From the IMG/VR virus record IMGVR_UViG_3300037493_005562: 64,000 nucleotides of DNA. One strand, 5' to 3'. Within the stretch, counting starts at the first letter, position 1. Each line of letters begins with the position of its first letter. Of this stretch, positions 17,182-25,986 are shown piece after piece. A program made the translations under genes and the position numbers. The DNA is from an uncultured virus (IMG/VR IMGVR_UViG_3300037493_005562). Taxonomy: Duplodnaviria > Heunggongvirae > Uroviricota > Caudoviricetes. The notes beneath the pieces are model-generated. The model was not told the origin of the DNA. It worked only from the letters and a program-made list of their open reading frames with translations, and ran no database searches.

Positions 17182-18855
17182 TTAGCTGCCGTTCGCGGAG
17201 GAGCCGGAGTTGGCCGCGTTCGCGCGGACCTTCTCCTTCTGGCGCTCTTCGAGGTTCACGACGGTCTTGTCTTCGATCGCGCCGAACATGCCGCCCGCGC
17301 CGTTCGCCATGGACGCCATCTGGCCGAGGCCCGCCATCATCTCGATGATGTCGGTGCTGACCGACGCCAGCATCGAGCCGAGATCGTCCACGTTCTTCAC
17401 GGCGTCGAAGAAGATCGCCGCGTCGGAGCCCACGACGACGTACTTGCGGACGGTCTCAGGGACCGACTCGGGAGCGCGGATCGCCGCCTCGCGCACGAGG
17501 ATGGGGATCATCGTGAGGATCATGCGGTCGTAGCCCTCGTGGTCGGGAAGCGACGGGTACGCCTGACGCAGCTTGCTCTTGACGAGGTCGAGGATCTTCC
17601 GCTCGGTCGCGGTCACGGCCTTGCCGATCGCCGCGGTCGTGTACGCCTGCTTGGCGACGCTGAAGGTAGAGGGGGCTTCGTTGACGGACATGGTCTTCTC
17701 CTGGGGGGTGTTGATGTTGATTTTGGTTGCGGTAACGAATTTGGCAAGGATGCCCGCCGGAAGGGCGGCAAAGGCGCCGAGACGAACGCCCTGACTCTGC
17801 GCTTTCGTGCGAAGCGCGGTGAGCGCGGCGGCGGGAGTCGAGGACATGACGTCGACCAGCACGCGACCGTCCGAATCCACGAGCGCTGCGCTCACTGCGC
17901 GGTCGTTCGCGGCCTCGATCTGGACGGCCCAGTCGTCGGGGCCCGGAATCTCCGTGTAGAGCGTCGTATTGGTCGCGTTCTGCGCGAGGTGCCAATCCCC
18001 TTCGGAGACGAGCGCAGCGGTCGCCAACGTCTGACCGTGGAACGTCGCGGAGAGGTCGGCGGAAACGGCACCCGCCATCATGCCAGGAGCGATGCGCGCG
18101 GAGTAGCTCCGACGAAACGCGTTGACCGCGTCCTCCATCGTGCGAGCGGGATCCAGTCGCACGACCCGGTCGCCGTTCGCAGTGAACGTCTCGAAGACGT
18201 ACTTGGTGCCGCGCGGAGCCGAACGCCGAATCTCGGCAAACTCCGTCGAGCTGATCTTGCAACGCAACGCGTTCTGACCGACGTTCATGGGGCGGGAGAC
18301 AATCTCCCACGTTCCTTCCCTTGCGGGCGCAACGGCACTCATTGTGAAAACTCCAGGGTCTTGGGGGGTATAAGTCACTTGAACGTGACCAGGGGGAACG
18401 GGAGCGCCCTTTAGGGCGGTGAAAGCTGCGCGAAGCAACGCTTCGCTATCGGAGCGACCTTGCCGAATCTCGACCGCGTATCCGGCCTCGACCAGCGCCG
18501 CGTCGACCAGACCGAGAAGCGGGATCTTCGGAGGGGTTCCGGTCACGCCGGGAGGCGACCACGAGGGACGCGTCCAACCCGCCTCACACACATTGATGTT
18601 GGCAAGAGCCAGAGGCGCAGACACCGCGAGAGCCGCTTTGTCAAGGACGTAACAGGCAGGAGCGTCGGCACCTGCCGACCCGGTGATCACCCGTCCCGAA
18701 GCGTCGGCGGGAAACACGCGGGCAAGAACCCACCCGCTCGCATTTCGCCGAACGAAGTCGTTGCCCTCCCGGCACCACATGCCGATCGGCTTTCCAGCCA
18801 GTGGCGTGCTCGGCGCGGGAACCGGAACCTCGACGTACCAAGGGGCGGGATTCAT
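17182..18855 (-). CDS. Large hypothetical protein (557 aa)
   Basis: Long ORF, GGAGG RBS, ATGA overlap. Confidence 0.7.
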   Translation of the reverse strand: MNPAPWYVEVPVPAPSTPLAGKPIGMWCREGNDFVRRNASGWVLARVFPADASGRVITGSAGADAPACYVLDKAALAVSAPLALANINVCEAGWTRPSWSPPGVTGTPPKIPLLGLVDAALVEAGYAVEIRQGRSDSEALLRAAFTALKGAPVPPGHVQVTYTPQDPGVFTMSAVAPAREGTWEIVSRPMNVGQNALRCKISSTEFAEIRRSAPRGTKYVFETFTANGDRVVRLDPARTMEDAVNAFRRSYSARIAPGMMAGAVSADLSATFHGQTLATAALVSEGDWHLAQNATNTTLYTEIPGPDDWAVQIEAANDRAVSAALVDSDGRVLVDVMSSTPAAALTALRTKAQSQGVRLGAFAALPAGILAKFVTATKININTPQEKTMSVNEAPSTFSVAKQAYTTAAIGKAVTATERKILDLVKSKLRQAYPSLPDHEGYDRMILTMIPILVREAAIRAPESVPETVRKYVVVGSDAAIFFDAVKNVDDLGSMLASVSTDIIEMMAGLGQMASMANGAGGMFGAIEDKTVVNLEERQKEKVRANAANSGSSANGS

Positions 18856-19103
18856 CGGGCGCCTCCGAAGGCAAACGCGGTACTCGGACGAACGGTGCGG
18901 GACGCGAGATCGATGATGTACCCGTCAAGGCTCACGTCACGATCACGACCGATGCCCGGTACGTTTCCAGCAGCGATTTCAAGCTCGATGTCGCAGATAC
19001 CCGGGTGTCCGGTATAGGAACCAGTCTGCCCTCGGTAGAAGACCTTCAGGGCGGGCGTGGGAGGTTCCACGGTTTCCGGTCGATGTTGGGCGTTTCGGTT
19101 CAT
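18852..19103 (-). CDS. Hypothetical protein
   Basis: GAGG RBS; directly downstream of promoter at 19135-19163. Confidence 0.55.
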   Translation of the reverse strand: MNRNAQHRPETVEPPTPALKVFYRGQTGSYTGHPGICDIELEIAAGNVPGIGRDRDVSLDGYIIDLASRTVRPSTAFAFGGAR

Positions 19104-19134
19104 CGTTTCCTCGGTCGGTTTCGCTTACACCATC

Positions 19135-19163
19135 TATGTAACCGATCCTGCTACGACGCGCAA
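19135..19163 (-). promoter_or_regulatory. Promoter TTGCGC-N17-TACATA with GTA-N11-TAC operator
   Basis: GTAGCAGGATCGGTTAC. Confidence 0.65.
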
Positions 19164-19232
19164 GTCGATTCTTTGGGTGCCTCGCGTATGGATAGGTAGT
19201 GGGGGGGGAGGGGGGGGTAGGGGCGCTTAAAC

Positions 19233-19649
19233 CTAAACTCGGGCTGGCCGTTCGGGTACAGGCATCCCGTAGTCCGTGAGGATCCGCAAACGTGGAAGCC
19301 AGGAAGCTGATTTAACGACATAGGTACGGTAGTCGTACTTTCCGGGGCCGCACCACCCTGCAAGGACAAGACCGTCTAGGGAGCAGACCCACCAGACCAA
19401 ACGCTTATCGAGGCGATCCAGGGCCGTCTCGATGGCGTTGTACGCAACGGCATCTGCTCCCCCTGGGGCAGGGATCCCCCTTCCGGGGTGGGAGTGGGCG
19501 ATACCCATCAGGTTGTCCCGATTCGTCCAGATCGCGTCCCAGAGTTTCGGGTCGTCTTGAATCTCCACGGAGGATGCGTGGGCTGAATCGGGTACGTGCC
19601 AGTAGATCGGGTTGCCTTTTCGGTCAATCAGTACCGCTACTTCTCGCAA
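19233..19649 (-). CDS. JAB/MPN (JAMM) domain protein
   Basis: RE near N-terminus; MGIAHSHPG..P...D. Confidence 0.7.
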   Translation of the reverse strand: MREVAVLIDRKGNPIYWHVPDSAHASSVEIQDDPKLWDAIWTNRDNLMGIAHSHPGRGIPAPGGADAVAYNAIETALDRLDKRLVWWVCSLDGLVLAGWCGPGKYDYRTYVVKSASWLPRLRILTDYGMPVPERPARV

Positions 19650-20248
19650 AGGGACTCCTTTGAAGTTGGAACCGAAACTGCTCCAGTGGGTTGATCAATG
19701 TCGTCCCAACTGAACCCGAACGAGCCTTTTTGTACTTCCAACAGCGCGCCGCCATACCCCAAAATGGCGTCCGCGTGCCAGACGATGCGGGGATTCGGGT
19801 GGTACGCCGTGTGCCCCCTGAGTCCCGCCGCCTTTGTGTCCAAAATGTCGTTGTGGAGCTGGCTGTACGCACGTCGGGCATCTGCGAGGGTCCGCCCAGG
19901 CTGTTCCGAGGCATGGAGCGAAAGCGCGATTCCTGTGCTCCGAGAGATTCCAGCCGCGCAGTGAATAAGGATCACACGGGGGTGCTCCCCTCGACGTTCC
20001 GGTTCAAGAGCACGGGCCACGTCCTCGTAGGAGGGAGGTACGCTGCCTGCGAGTGTCGGACAGGGGACGTCGTCAAACTCAAGCCTTGTTACGGGAACGC
20101 CCTTGTCCTCACCGTAAATCGCGAGGGTGGAAGGCATGTCGAAAACCCCAAATCCAAAACCCCCGATTGAGAAGATCGCAGATGGACGAAGTTTACGGTG
20201 CCGAACGGCGTCGACCGCCTCTTCTCTACTTGTGACCCTGAGTTTCAA
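19637..20248 (-). CDS. Cys-based protein-tyrosine/dual-specificity phosphatase-like protein
   Basis: LEFDD; LIHCAAGISRS; HPNPRIV. Confidence 0.85.
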   Translation of the reverse strand: MKLRVTSREEAVDAVRHRKLRPSAIFSIGGFGFGVFDMPSTLAIYGEDKGVPVTRLEFDDVPCPTLAGSVPPSYEDVARALEPERRGEHPRVILIHCAAGISRSTGIALSLHASEQPGRTLADARRAYSQLHNDILDTKAAGLRGHTAYHPNPRIVWHADAILGYGGALLEVQKGSFGFSWDDIDQPTGAVSVPTSKESLCEK

Positions 20249-20265
20249 GCTCCCTCCGAACAGGG

Positions 20266-20293
20266 CACGTAACCTAACAGGTTACGCGCGCAA
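20266..20293 (-). promoter_or_regulatory. Promoter TTGCGC-N16-TACGTG with perfect operator GTAACC-N5-GGTTAC
   Basis: GTAACCTAACAGGTTAC at 20269-20285. Confidence 0.65.
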
Positions 20294-20657
20294 CCCTAGA
20301 ACTCAGCACTCGCTTGAAGTACACTCCTGTCGTGGTCGGGAGAAGGTCGCTCAATTCCGAGCGGCTTCTTGCCTTTGTCGGTCTTCCGACCACGCTCCCG
20401 AAGGCGCTGCCGTTCGTTCCGGCGGCTCTGGAACCGTCGTCACCGTTGACGGCAGCCGTGCAGGCTCCATAACGAACAGGCCACAAGGACCGCGTGAGGA
20501 TCTCCCTCCGCAGGAGAGATTCCACTCGGTGTCACCGCAGAAGGCACAAGGAAGGCTAGATTGCTTGCTCACGGTAGCTGAGACTCGACAGGGGGTAGGA
20601 GGGTTCCCAGATATAAGGTAGAGTGAGGATATATCCGCTCAAGGCAGGACGGCAACC

Positions 20658-21005
20658 ATGGCTCGCTGGAAACATCACGCGATCAACCCCACCAAACTAC
20701 TCAGCCCGGAGCAGATCGAAAACCTTGCGCTGGCCGCTGTCGAGTCTGCCGAGATTCACAAAGATACGATGACGGGGGCCGAGCGGCATTCTGTAGCCAC
20801 CGACATGCTCCTCGATAAGCTCGATGATTTCCTGAAGTGGGGTAACTCCCCTGTCGGCGCGGTCCTTGAAATCCTCGACGGCCCCGCCCTCCACATTCTG
20901 TGGTCCTTCGCAGGGGCCGAAATTCAACGGGCGTTCGACAAGTGGCAGGCGAAGCACGCGCATCGACGGCCAACCCTCGCGCCACCTGATTCTGGCGCCT
21001 CCTAG
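20658..21005 (+). CDS. Hypothetical protein
   Basis: AGGA RBS; coherent ORF. Confidence 0.6.
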   Translation: MARWKHHAINPTKLLSPEQIENLALAAVESAEIHKDTMTGAERHSVATDMLLDKLDDFLKWGNSPVGAVLEILDGPALHILWSFAGAEIQRAFDKWQAKHAHRRPTLAPPDSGAS

Positions 21006-21010
21006 AATCG

Positions 21011-21054
21011 AGAGTTTCGGTTCAAGAGTTTCGGTTCAAGAGTTTAGGTTCAAG
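21011..21054 (+). repeat. 14-bp tandem repeat x3 (AGAGTTTCGGTTCA)
   Basis: Directly visible. Confidence 0.8.
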
Positions 21055-21102
21055 GGTAGGGGGGGGCAGGGGTGCGCTCCCCCCTCCCTTATAAAGTCGT
21101 GC

Positions 21103-21131
21103 TTGACAAGTGTATCCGGTTCGGTTACATA
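21103..21131 (+). promoter_or_regulatory. Promoter TTGACA-N17-TACATA with operator
   Basis: GTATCCGGTTCGGTTAC. Confidence 0.7.
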
Positions 21132-21156
21132 GAGTACGAACCCCGGAGCCGAAACC

Positions 21157-21837
21157 TTGCTAGGCAAGCTGCGATACCAGCGACAGGAAGCGTCCAGACA
21201 GCGTGTCTGGTACCAGTCGCCGTGGGAGCCTGAAAGGCACCTGTGTGACCTCGAAAAAGTGTCCACTGTGTCCGGTGATTCCCCTTGGCGGCTCTACGGC
21301 ACGGATGGGACGCATCTCATCAACGGTGCCTCGCGGGAAGAGGCCGTGAAGGCGTTTTTCCAGTACGCAGGGGACAATGGATACGCGGTTGCCCAAAACG
21401 AATGGCGAGCGCGCAGGTCGCTGTGGTGCGGACACATGCGCTACACGCAGATTCCGGCGATCGAGGCGTTGCCTTCGGAGTACCTTGGTCAGCTCTACAC
21501 CTACTTGGACAGGCGTTTGACGTTGTGCCGAAAGGACTTGTCAAAGGCGGTGTTTATGGACTGCCTCGCGCTCCGAAACACGGGGCGAACTGTCTTGCTT
21601 GTCGGGTCTTCCCTGTGCGTCACGGATTGCGACTCTCATTTGGGCCTTGACGCGAGCGGGTTGCCCCGCGTCCATGCGAACGTGGAAATGTTCGAGGACC
21701 CGAACGAGGCTTCCTTCCTGCTCTCGCAGTTGAACGGCGAGATGTTGAAGATCCACGCAGAGGCGATCTTCCCTGCCCCCTACCTTTTCCCTGAGCCGCT
21801 CCAGCGGAACCCGTACAGCTACAACCCTCGATTCTGA
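21157..21837 (+). CDS. Hypothetical protein
   Basis: GGAG RBS, TTG start, follows promoter. Confidence 0.55.
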   Translation: MLGKLRYQRQEASRQRVWYQSPWEPERHLCDLEKVSTVSGDSPWRLYGTDGTHLINGASREEAVKAFFQYAGDNGYAVAQNEWRARRSLWCGHMRYTQIPAIEALPSEYLGQLYTYLDRRLTLCRKDLSKAVFMDCLALRNTGRTVLLVGSSLCVTDCDSHLGLDASGLPRVHANVEMFEDPNEASFLLSQLNGEMLKIHAEAIFPAPYLFPEPLQRNPYSYNPRF

Positions 21838-21852
21838 GAGAGTCACCACCCC

Positions 21853-23502
21853 ATGATCTCTAGCTTGAAAATTACGGATCGCTCCGCTGCTCCCTGCCCC
21901 TGGTGGGGAGCCGTCACCGGGCTTCGCGACCAAACCGGTTTTGACTTCAAGCCGGGTGTAAACGTGATTGTCGGCCCTTCCGGGTCTGGACGCAGCACCC
22001 TGCTCCGAAGCATCGCACGTCTGCTGCACGCGGAAGACGGCGTGAGCGTCGTGAACAGTCAATCCGTGAGCAAGCTGGAGAAGTGGGAGCATACGGCGTC
22101 TTCAAACCGCCTCCAGTTGGGGGCAACCCTTAACTTCGACGGCAAGGCGGTGATCTACCTCGACCACCTGAACAAGCTGTCGGCAACGTCGGGGAGCGGC
22201 CCTGTCCGGCGCCGCCTCGAATACGTTCTCAAGGCTCTCAAAACGCAAGAGGCCCCGGAGATCAAGTGGGACTGGCTTTCCAGAAACATTGTGGTCCCTC
22301 CAGCCTCCCCCACGTACGCGACAACGGCGGCGATGACCTACCAAGAGAAGGAGAGGGCGAAGGTCGAGTCGATCTCGAACTCCCTGGTAGGGACGATCGA
22401 GGTGGGGCAGCCCACGCTGCTGATCGATAACATCCCCGGCATCTCGTTCCTCAACTCGATGTTCTTGTGGGATGAGATGCTCCGCGCGTCGGACAAATTG
22501 CAGATCATCACCGCACTTGACTCGCCGTGGGCGCTCTGCGCAGATCCCGACGTGAACCACATCGAACTGGTTCCAGGCTACCTCGACGTGTGCCGTGCAG
22601 GGCTCGCCTTTCTGAAGACATGCGCTCCAAGCGCCGAGGAGATCCGCAACGTACACGCGGAGGCGGTCTACGATGAGTGGAAGGCAACGGTTGTCGAAAC
22701 CACCATGGAAAAGCTGAATCTGACGAACATCGGAAACTCCGGGTACAGCCACAACCAGATCGGCTACTCGTCGTCGTCGTCCGCCCCTCCGTCGCCCCCG
22801 ACTCCCGCCGCCCCTTCGCGGACGAGCACTTGGAGAGACGAATGGGAATCAGCCGTCTACGATACCTCCCATCGCACGTCCACCACGACGTACGCAGGCA
22901 AAGGGAGATCCAAGACGTCCGAGGTCGTGCAGGGTTTCGAGATGAAAGATGCGGAGGTAGGTATCGCAGAGCCTTGCCCGTCTGCCATTCAAGAGACAAA
23001 GAAGAAAGCGGCAGCGGGGGCGAAGACGAAAGCCGCTCCCACGCCCACGGAGCTGCCTCCTGTGTCCGCGCTCGTGGCGGCCCTCCCGAAACCTCCGGTG
23101 GTTCCTGCCACACCTGTCGCAAACAACGACCCCCTCTCTGGGATCCGGAACTATATGCCGGACTGGTCTGTGAGCGACATCATCGCCATTCAAACGGAAC
23201 TCACGCGGCTGCGCTACTACGCGTTCAAGATCGACGGGAGTCTTGGGCACAACACGCAGCGGGCCCTTTTCGCGGCGTACGAAAACTCCGGTTGGAAGTA
23301 CATGGGCGCGGTAGCGATTCTTTCGTACCTCAAGAACAGCGCTCCTCTCGGACCAGAGCCCGCCCCCCTTACTGCCACGCCGCCCGCTCCCGGGGCCGCG
23401 GGCGAAAGGACGCCCAGACCTTCGGTACTCATCGACATCGAGGGTGGGATCGACGAACTCGATGAGCTGGAGCTGTCCGCCCGCTACGGGTGGTGCTCAT
23501 GA
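21853..23502 (+). CDS. Degenerate ABC/AAA_21-type ATPase fused to a peptidoglycan-binding-like domain
   Basis: FKPGVNVIVGPSGSGRST; LLIDN; C-terminal IQTELTRLRYYAFKIDGSLGHNTQRAL. Confidence 0.6.
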   Translation: MISSLKITDRSAAPCPWWGAVTGLRDQTGFDFKPGVNVIVGPSGSGRSTLLRSIARLLHAEDGVSVVNSQSVSKLEKWEHTASSNRLQLGATLNFDGKAVIYLDHLNKLSATSGSGPVRRRLEYVLKALKTQEAPEIKWDWLSRNIVVPPASPTYATTAAMTYQEKERAKVESISNSLVGTIEVGQPTLLIDNIPGISFLNSMFLWDEMLRASDKLQIITALDSPWALCADPDVNHIELVPGYLDVCRAGLAFLKTCAPSAEEIRNVHAEAVYDEWKATVVETTMEKLNLTNIGNSGYSHNQIGYSSSSSAPPSPPTPAAPSRTSTWRDEWESAVYDTSHRTSTTTYAGKGRSKTSEVVQGFEMKDAEVGIAEPCPSAIQETKKKAAAGAKTKAAPTPTELPPVSALVAALPKPPVVPATPVANNDPLSGIRNYMPDWSVSDIIAIQTELTRLRYYAFKIDGSLGHNTQRALFAAYENSGWKYMGAVAILSYLKNSAPLGPEPAPLTATPPAPGAAGERTPRPSVLIDIEGGIDELDELELSARYGWCS

Positions 23503-24545
23503 CGATCGGGGAAGTCCGACTCCGCATCGTCACGGCAAACAGTGGGCCTGCAAGGGCACGGGCTATCGTGGCTCCGTGGCAGTACGAAAGAGGCTTGCCA
23601 ACAAAGACATATCTCGTACAAGCTCGGCTCCTGGCTCTCCCCCCTGACGATCCCTTCGCCTCGTGGACTGACCTGTGTTTCGTAAGAGAGACACACCCCA
23701 TGCCCTCCCTCCGACAATCCCCCACGAGTACCCCCAGGGCCTCAAGGTGGTACGCAACAAACTCGTACGGGGAGAGCCTTACAGCGGCGCAGCTAAGTGC
23801 CAAGACGGCTGCGTCTTTGGGGTACGACACCCTTCTGCCGTCGGCTCAAGCCGAAGCTCGCCGGAAGCGTTCTGCCCTGATGTACCCGTGGACCTCCGGA
23901 GAAGGTAGTGCCGCTTGCCAACTCCGCTACTCCACTACTCAGTATCGAAGGAGCGTGTTCCGCATCTTGCAACGCTACGGCGCGTGCGTGTCGATGCGCA
24001 ACAGCATCGAGCTTCTGACGTACAGGAGTCAGGAAGTGGTGTTTGGAAATACCATCCGGTTCATAGCCGTCCTCACTCCAGACGCAAATGGTCCCGTAGA
24101 GACATACGGTTCGGGAGATACAGAGCAGAAAGAGTGCTCCTTCGTTTCGGAGCGTATGAATAACGAGCTTTCCGCGCTGTGGGCGCACTACCAGAAGGCT
24201 CAGGGCGCCGTTCCGGAAGCGTTCGTCGCCCCTCCCCCGCACCTCATGGCTATGCGCCTGCATTCCGAAACCGTTGTGGAGGCGGAGGCGTTCCCGTTCC
24301 GCATGTCCACAACAGGCGTGCCGGAACGCATCTTCACAGGGGCCTCTCCCAACCCCTTCGCAGGGACCTCTCCCAGCCCCTTCGTGTTCGAGGACGACGA
24401 GAACGAGAACGACGAGAACGAGAACGAAGACGACGAGAACGAGAACGAAGACGACGAGATCGAAGTCGTCGGAGACGCGAGCGCAACCCTCCGGCAAAGT
24501 CTCATCGACGTCCTCGTCAACAACCCCAGTCGGGGGAACCGGTAA
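23499..24545 (+). CDS. Hypothetical protein with acidic (EDDENEN)n tail
   Basis: ATGA overlap; repeat at ~24390-24460. Confidence 0.6.
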   Translation: MTIGEVRLRIVTANSGPARARAIVAPWQYERGLPTKTYLVQARLLALPPDDPFASWTDLCFVRETHPMPSLRQSPTSTPRASRWYATNSYGESLTAAQLSAKTAASLGYDTLLPSAQAEARRKRSALMYPWTSGEGSAACQLRYSTTQYRRSVFRILQRYGACVSMRNSIELLTYRSQEVVFGNTIRFIAVLTPDANGPVETYGSGDTEQKECSFVSERMNNELSALWAHYQKAQGAVPEAFVAPPPHLMAMRLHSETVVEAEAFPFRMSTTGVPERIFTGASPNPFAGTSPSPFVFEDDENENDENENEDDENENEDDEIEVVGDASATLRQSLIDVLVNNPSRGNR

Positions 24546-24550
24546 GAAAC

Positions 24551-24636
24551 GGCGGACACGGAGGGACTCGAACCCCCAAAGGCTTTCGCCCACGCTCGCT
24601 CTCAAGGCGAGTGCCTTACCTTTAGGCTACGTGCCC
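24551..24636 (-). tRNA. tRNA-Ser(TGA)
   Basis: CTCGC-CTTGAGA-GCGAG; long variable arm; G73. Confidence 0.88.
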
Positions 24637-24682
24637 ATGATGTCTGGGAGGGATGCGGTGCAAAACTGTGTTACAGCACCGA

Positions 24683-25189
24683 ATGTTCACCCTTACTCTC
24701 CCTTGGTTGGTCGTTGTGGCGTCACTGCTCTTGTGGCTTCCGCAGAACGCGGTTCACGAGGGGGCGCACTGTCTCGCACATAAGTATGCCGGGGACGAGA
24801 TCGTAAAGTTCTGGCCGTTCCCCTCTTGGGCCCTCGGGTCGTTCTCCTTCGCGTACATGAGCTACCGGAGGCGAACCCCCGTGTCCCCTCACCTGGACGG
24901 ATTCTGCGCAGCAGCCCCTCAGATCGTGAACACGTGCGTCCTCGCCCTGCTCATCCCGCTGCACTTCATCTCCCTTCCGCCCTGGTTGTTCTCGATCTGC
25001 GCCGCGTTGGTGATCGTGAACTTCGCAGACGGAGCCGTCAACCTGGGCACGTTCTACCGGTCGACGCCTCGTCCCACGGACGGGTGGACCTGGGCAGCCC
25101 TGTGGAAGCTGCCCACTTGGGGTTGCCGAGCCTTCGCGGTGACGTGGCACCTCCTGTTTGGTGCTCACGTCGCAGCTTTTCTGCTGTAA
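24683..25189 (+). CDS. Membrane protein with HExxH motif (M50/DUF3267-like metalloprotease)
   Basis: VHEGAH; AAAPQ; several hydrophobic segments. Confidence 0.65.
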   Translation: MFTLTLPWLVVVASLLLWLPQNAVHEGAHCLAHKYAGDEIVKFWPFPSWALGSFSFAYMSYRRRTPVSPHLDGFCAAAPQIVNTCVLALLIPLHFISLPPWLFSICAALVIVNFADGAVNLGTFYRSTPRPTDGWTWAALWKLPTWGCRAFAVTWHLLFGAHVAAFLL

Positions 25190-25194
25190 CAAGA

Positions 25195-25285
25195 TGGCGG
25201 AGAAGGCGAGATTTGAACTCGCACGCGCCTTGCGACGCACACTCGTTTTCGAGACGAGGCCAATATCCAGTTCTGGCACTTCTCC
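25195..25285 (-). tRNA. tRNA-Ser(CGA)
   Basis: CTCGT-CTCGAAA-ACGAG; variable arm; GCCA end. Confidence 0.9.
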
Positions 25286-25289
25286 AAGA

Positions 25290-25377
25290 TGGCGGAGCGT
25301 GCAAGAGTCGAACTTGCCTGGGCTTTTATACCCGTAGCCAATTTAGCAAATTGGGTGCCCACCTCGGGCAACGCACC
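25290..25377 (-). tRNA. tRNA-Ser(GCT)
   Basis: CCAAT-TTGCTAA-ATTGG; variable arm; short D arm; GCCA end. Confidence 0.85.
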
Positions 25378-25384
25378 GTGTAAA

Positions 25385-25506
25385 TTCCTGCCGCCGAACT
25401 TCCACGTCTCGGCACGCCTCGGGGGCTCTCGCCCAGGCATCGCTGCCTTGCTTCCCGAGGCCGGGGATTCGAACCCCACTAAGTCCCCCGAAGAGGACGA
25501 CAAGAA
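25385..25506 (-). ncRNA. Circularly permuted tRNA-like RNA (YrlA/Y-RNA-like topology)
   Basis: Order: closing stem, variable-arm hairpin, T arm GGGG-TTCGAAT-CCCC, closed acceptor stem GCCTCGGG..CCCGAGGC, D arm GCCGA..TCGGC, closing stem. Confidence 0.65.
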
Positions 25507-25507
25507 A

Positions 25508-25597
25508 TGGCGGAGCGCGTGGGCCTCGAACCCACCAGGGCCTTTCGACCCCCCTCTGGCTTCCAACCAGTGCCGGTCCCCGGACCGGTTCCGCTCC
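25508..25597 (-). tRNA. tRNA-Ser(GGA), atypical 6-bp D stem with 4-nt loop
   Basis: CTGG-TTGGAAG-CCAG; D arm CCGGTC-CGGG-GACCGG; GCCA end. Confidence 0.8.
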
Positions 25598-25606
25598 ATG
25601 AAAGAA

Positions 25607-25733
25607 TCGACCTGACAAGTAGAACAGTCCGTTACCGCGTTCCAACACCTCTCCGAAGAGAGCGGCCTCGCCCGTAGCCGTTGTCCGCCCCGAAGGACGG
25701 AGAGGAAGTCGAATCCTCAAGTGTTCAAGTCGA
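25607..25733 (-). ncRNA. Circularly permuted tRNA mimic with UUCG-capped acceptor and anticodon stems
   Basis: T arm GAGGA-TTCGACT-TCCTC; TCCGTCC-TTCG-GGGCGGA; D arm CGGC..GCCG; CTCTC-TTCG-GAGAG; closed by AACAC/GTGTT and TCGACTTGA/TCAGGTCGA. Confidence 0.65.
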
Positions 25734-25735
25734 AG

Positions 25736-25817
25736 GGTGCCCCGTGCCGGGATCGAGTCGGCAAGTCTTTCGACGCTGGCGTCTAGGGCCAGTGCGTTTG
25801 CATTTCGCCAACGGGGC
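25736..25817 (-). tRNA. tRNA-Leu(TAG), degenerate T and D loops
   Basis: CTGGC-CCTAGAC-GCCAG; variable arm GTC-GAAA-GAC; T loop CTCGATC. Confidence 0.7.
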
Positions 25818-25826
25818 AAAGAGAAG

Positions 25827-25899
25827 CAGGGACGCTCGGACTCGAACCGAGATCACCAGATTTGGAGTCTAGTGGGTTAGCCATTACCTTCACGTCCCT
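25827..25899 (-). tRNA. tRNA-Trp(CCA)
   Basis: CTAGA-CTCCAAA-TCTGG; G73. Confidence 0.9.
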
Positions 25900-25904
25900 A
25901 CGAA

Positions 25905-25966
25905 TGGTGCGATCGGCGGGAATCGAACCCACACCCTTTCGGACGCGCCGACGTTGCGGAGCGTCC
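25905..25966 (-). pseudogene. 3' half of a class II (Leu-like) tRNA
   Basis: GTCC-GAAA-GGGT variable arm, GTGGG-TTCGATT-CCCGC T arm, CGATCGC-A-CCA; no adjacent 5' half. Confidence 0.6.
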
Positions 25967-25986
25967 ACGAACGGGGCCCTATCCCC

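Noticed and set aside
25508..25597. tRNA-Sec
   Set aside because: The anticodon is GGA, not TCA, and the acceptor stem is 7 bp
25905..25986. tmRNA 3' end
   Set aside because: The acceptor strand is CGATCGC, not the Ala-type end, and no matching GGGG 5' piece or tag ORF was found
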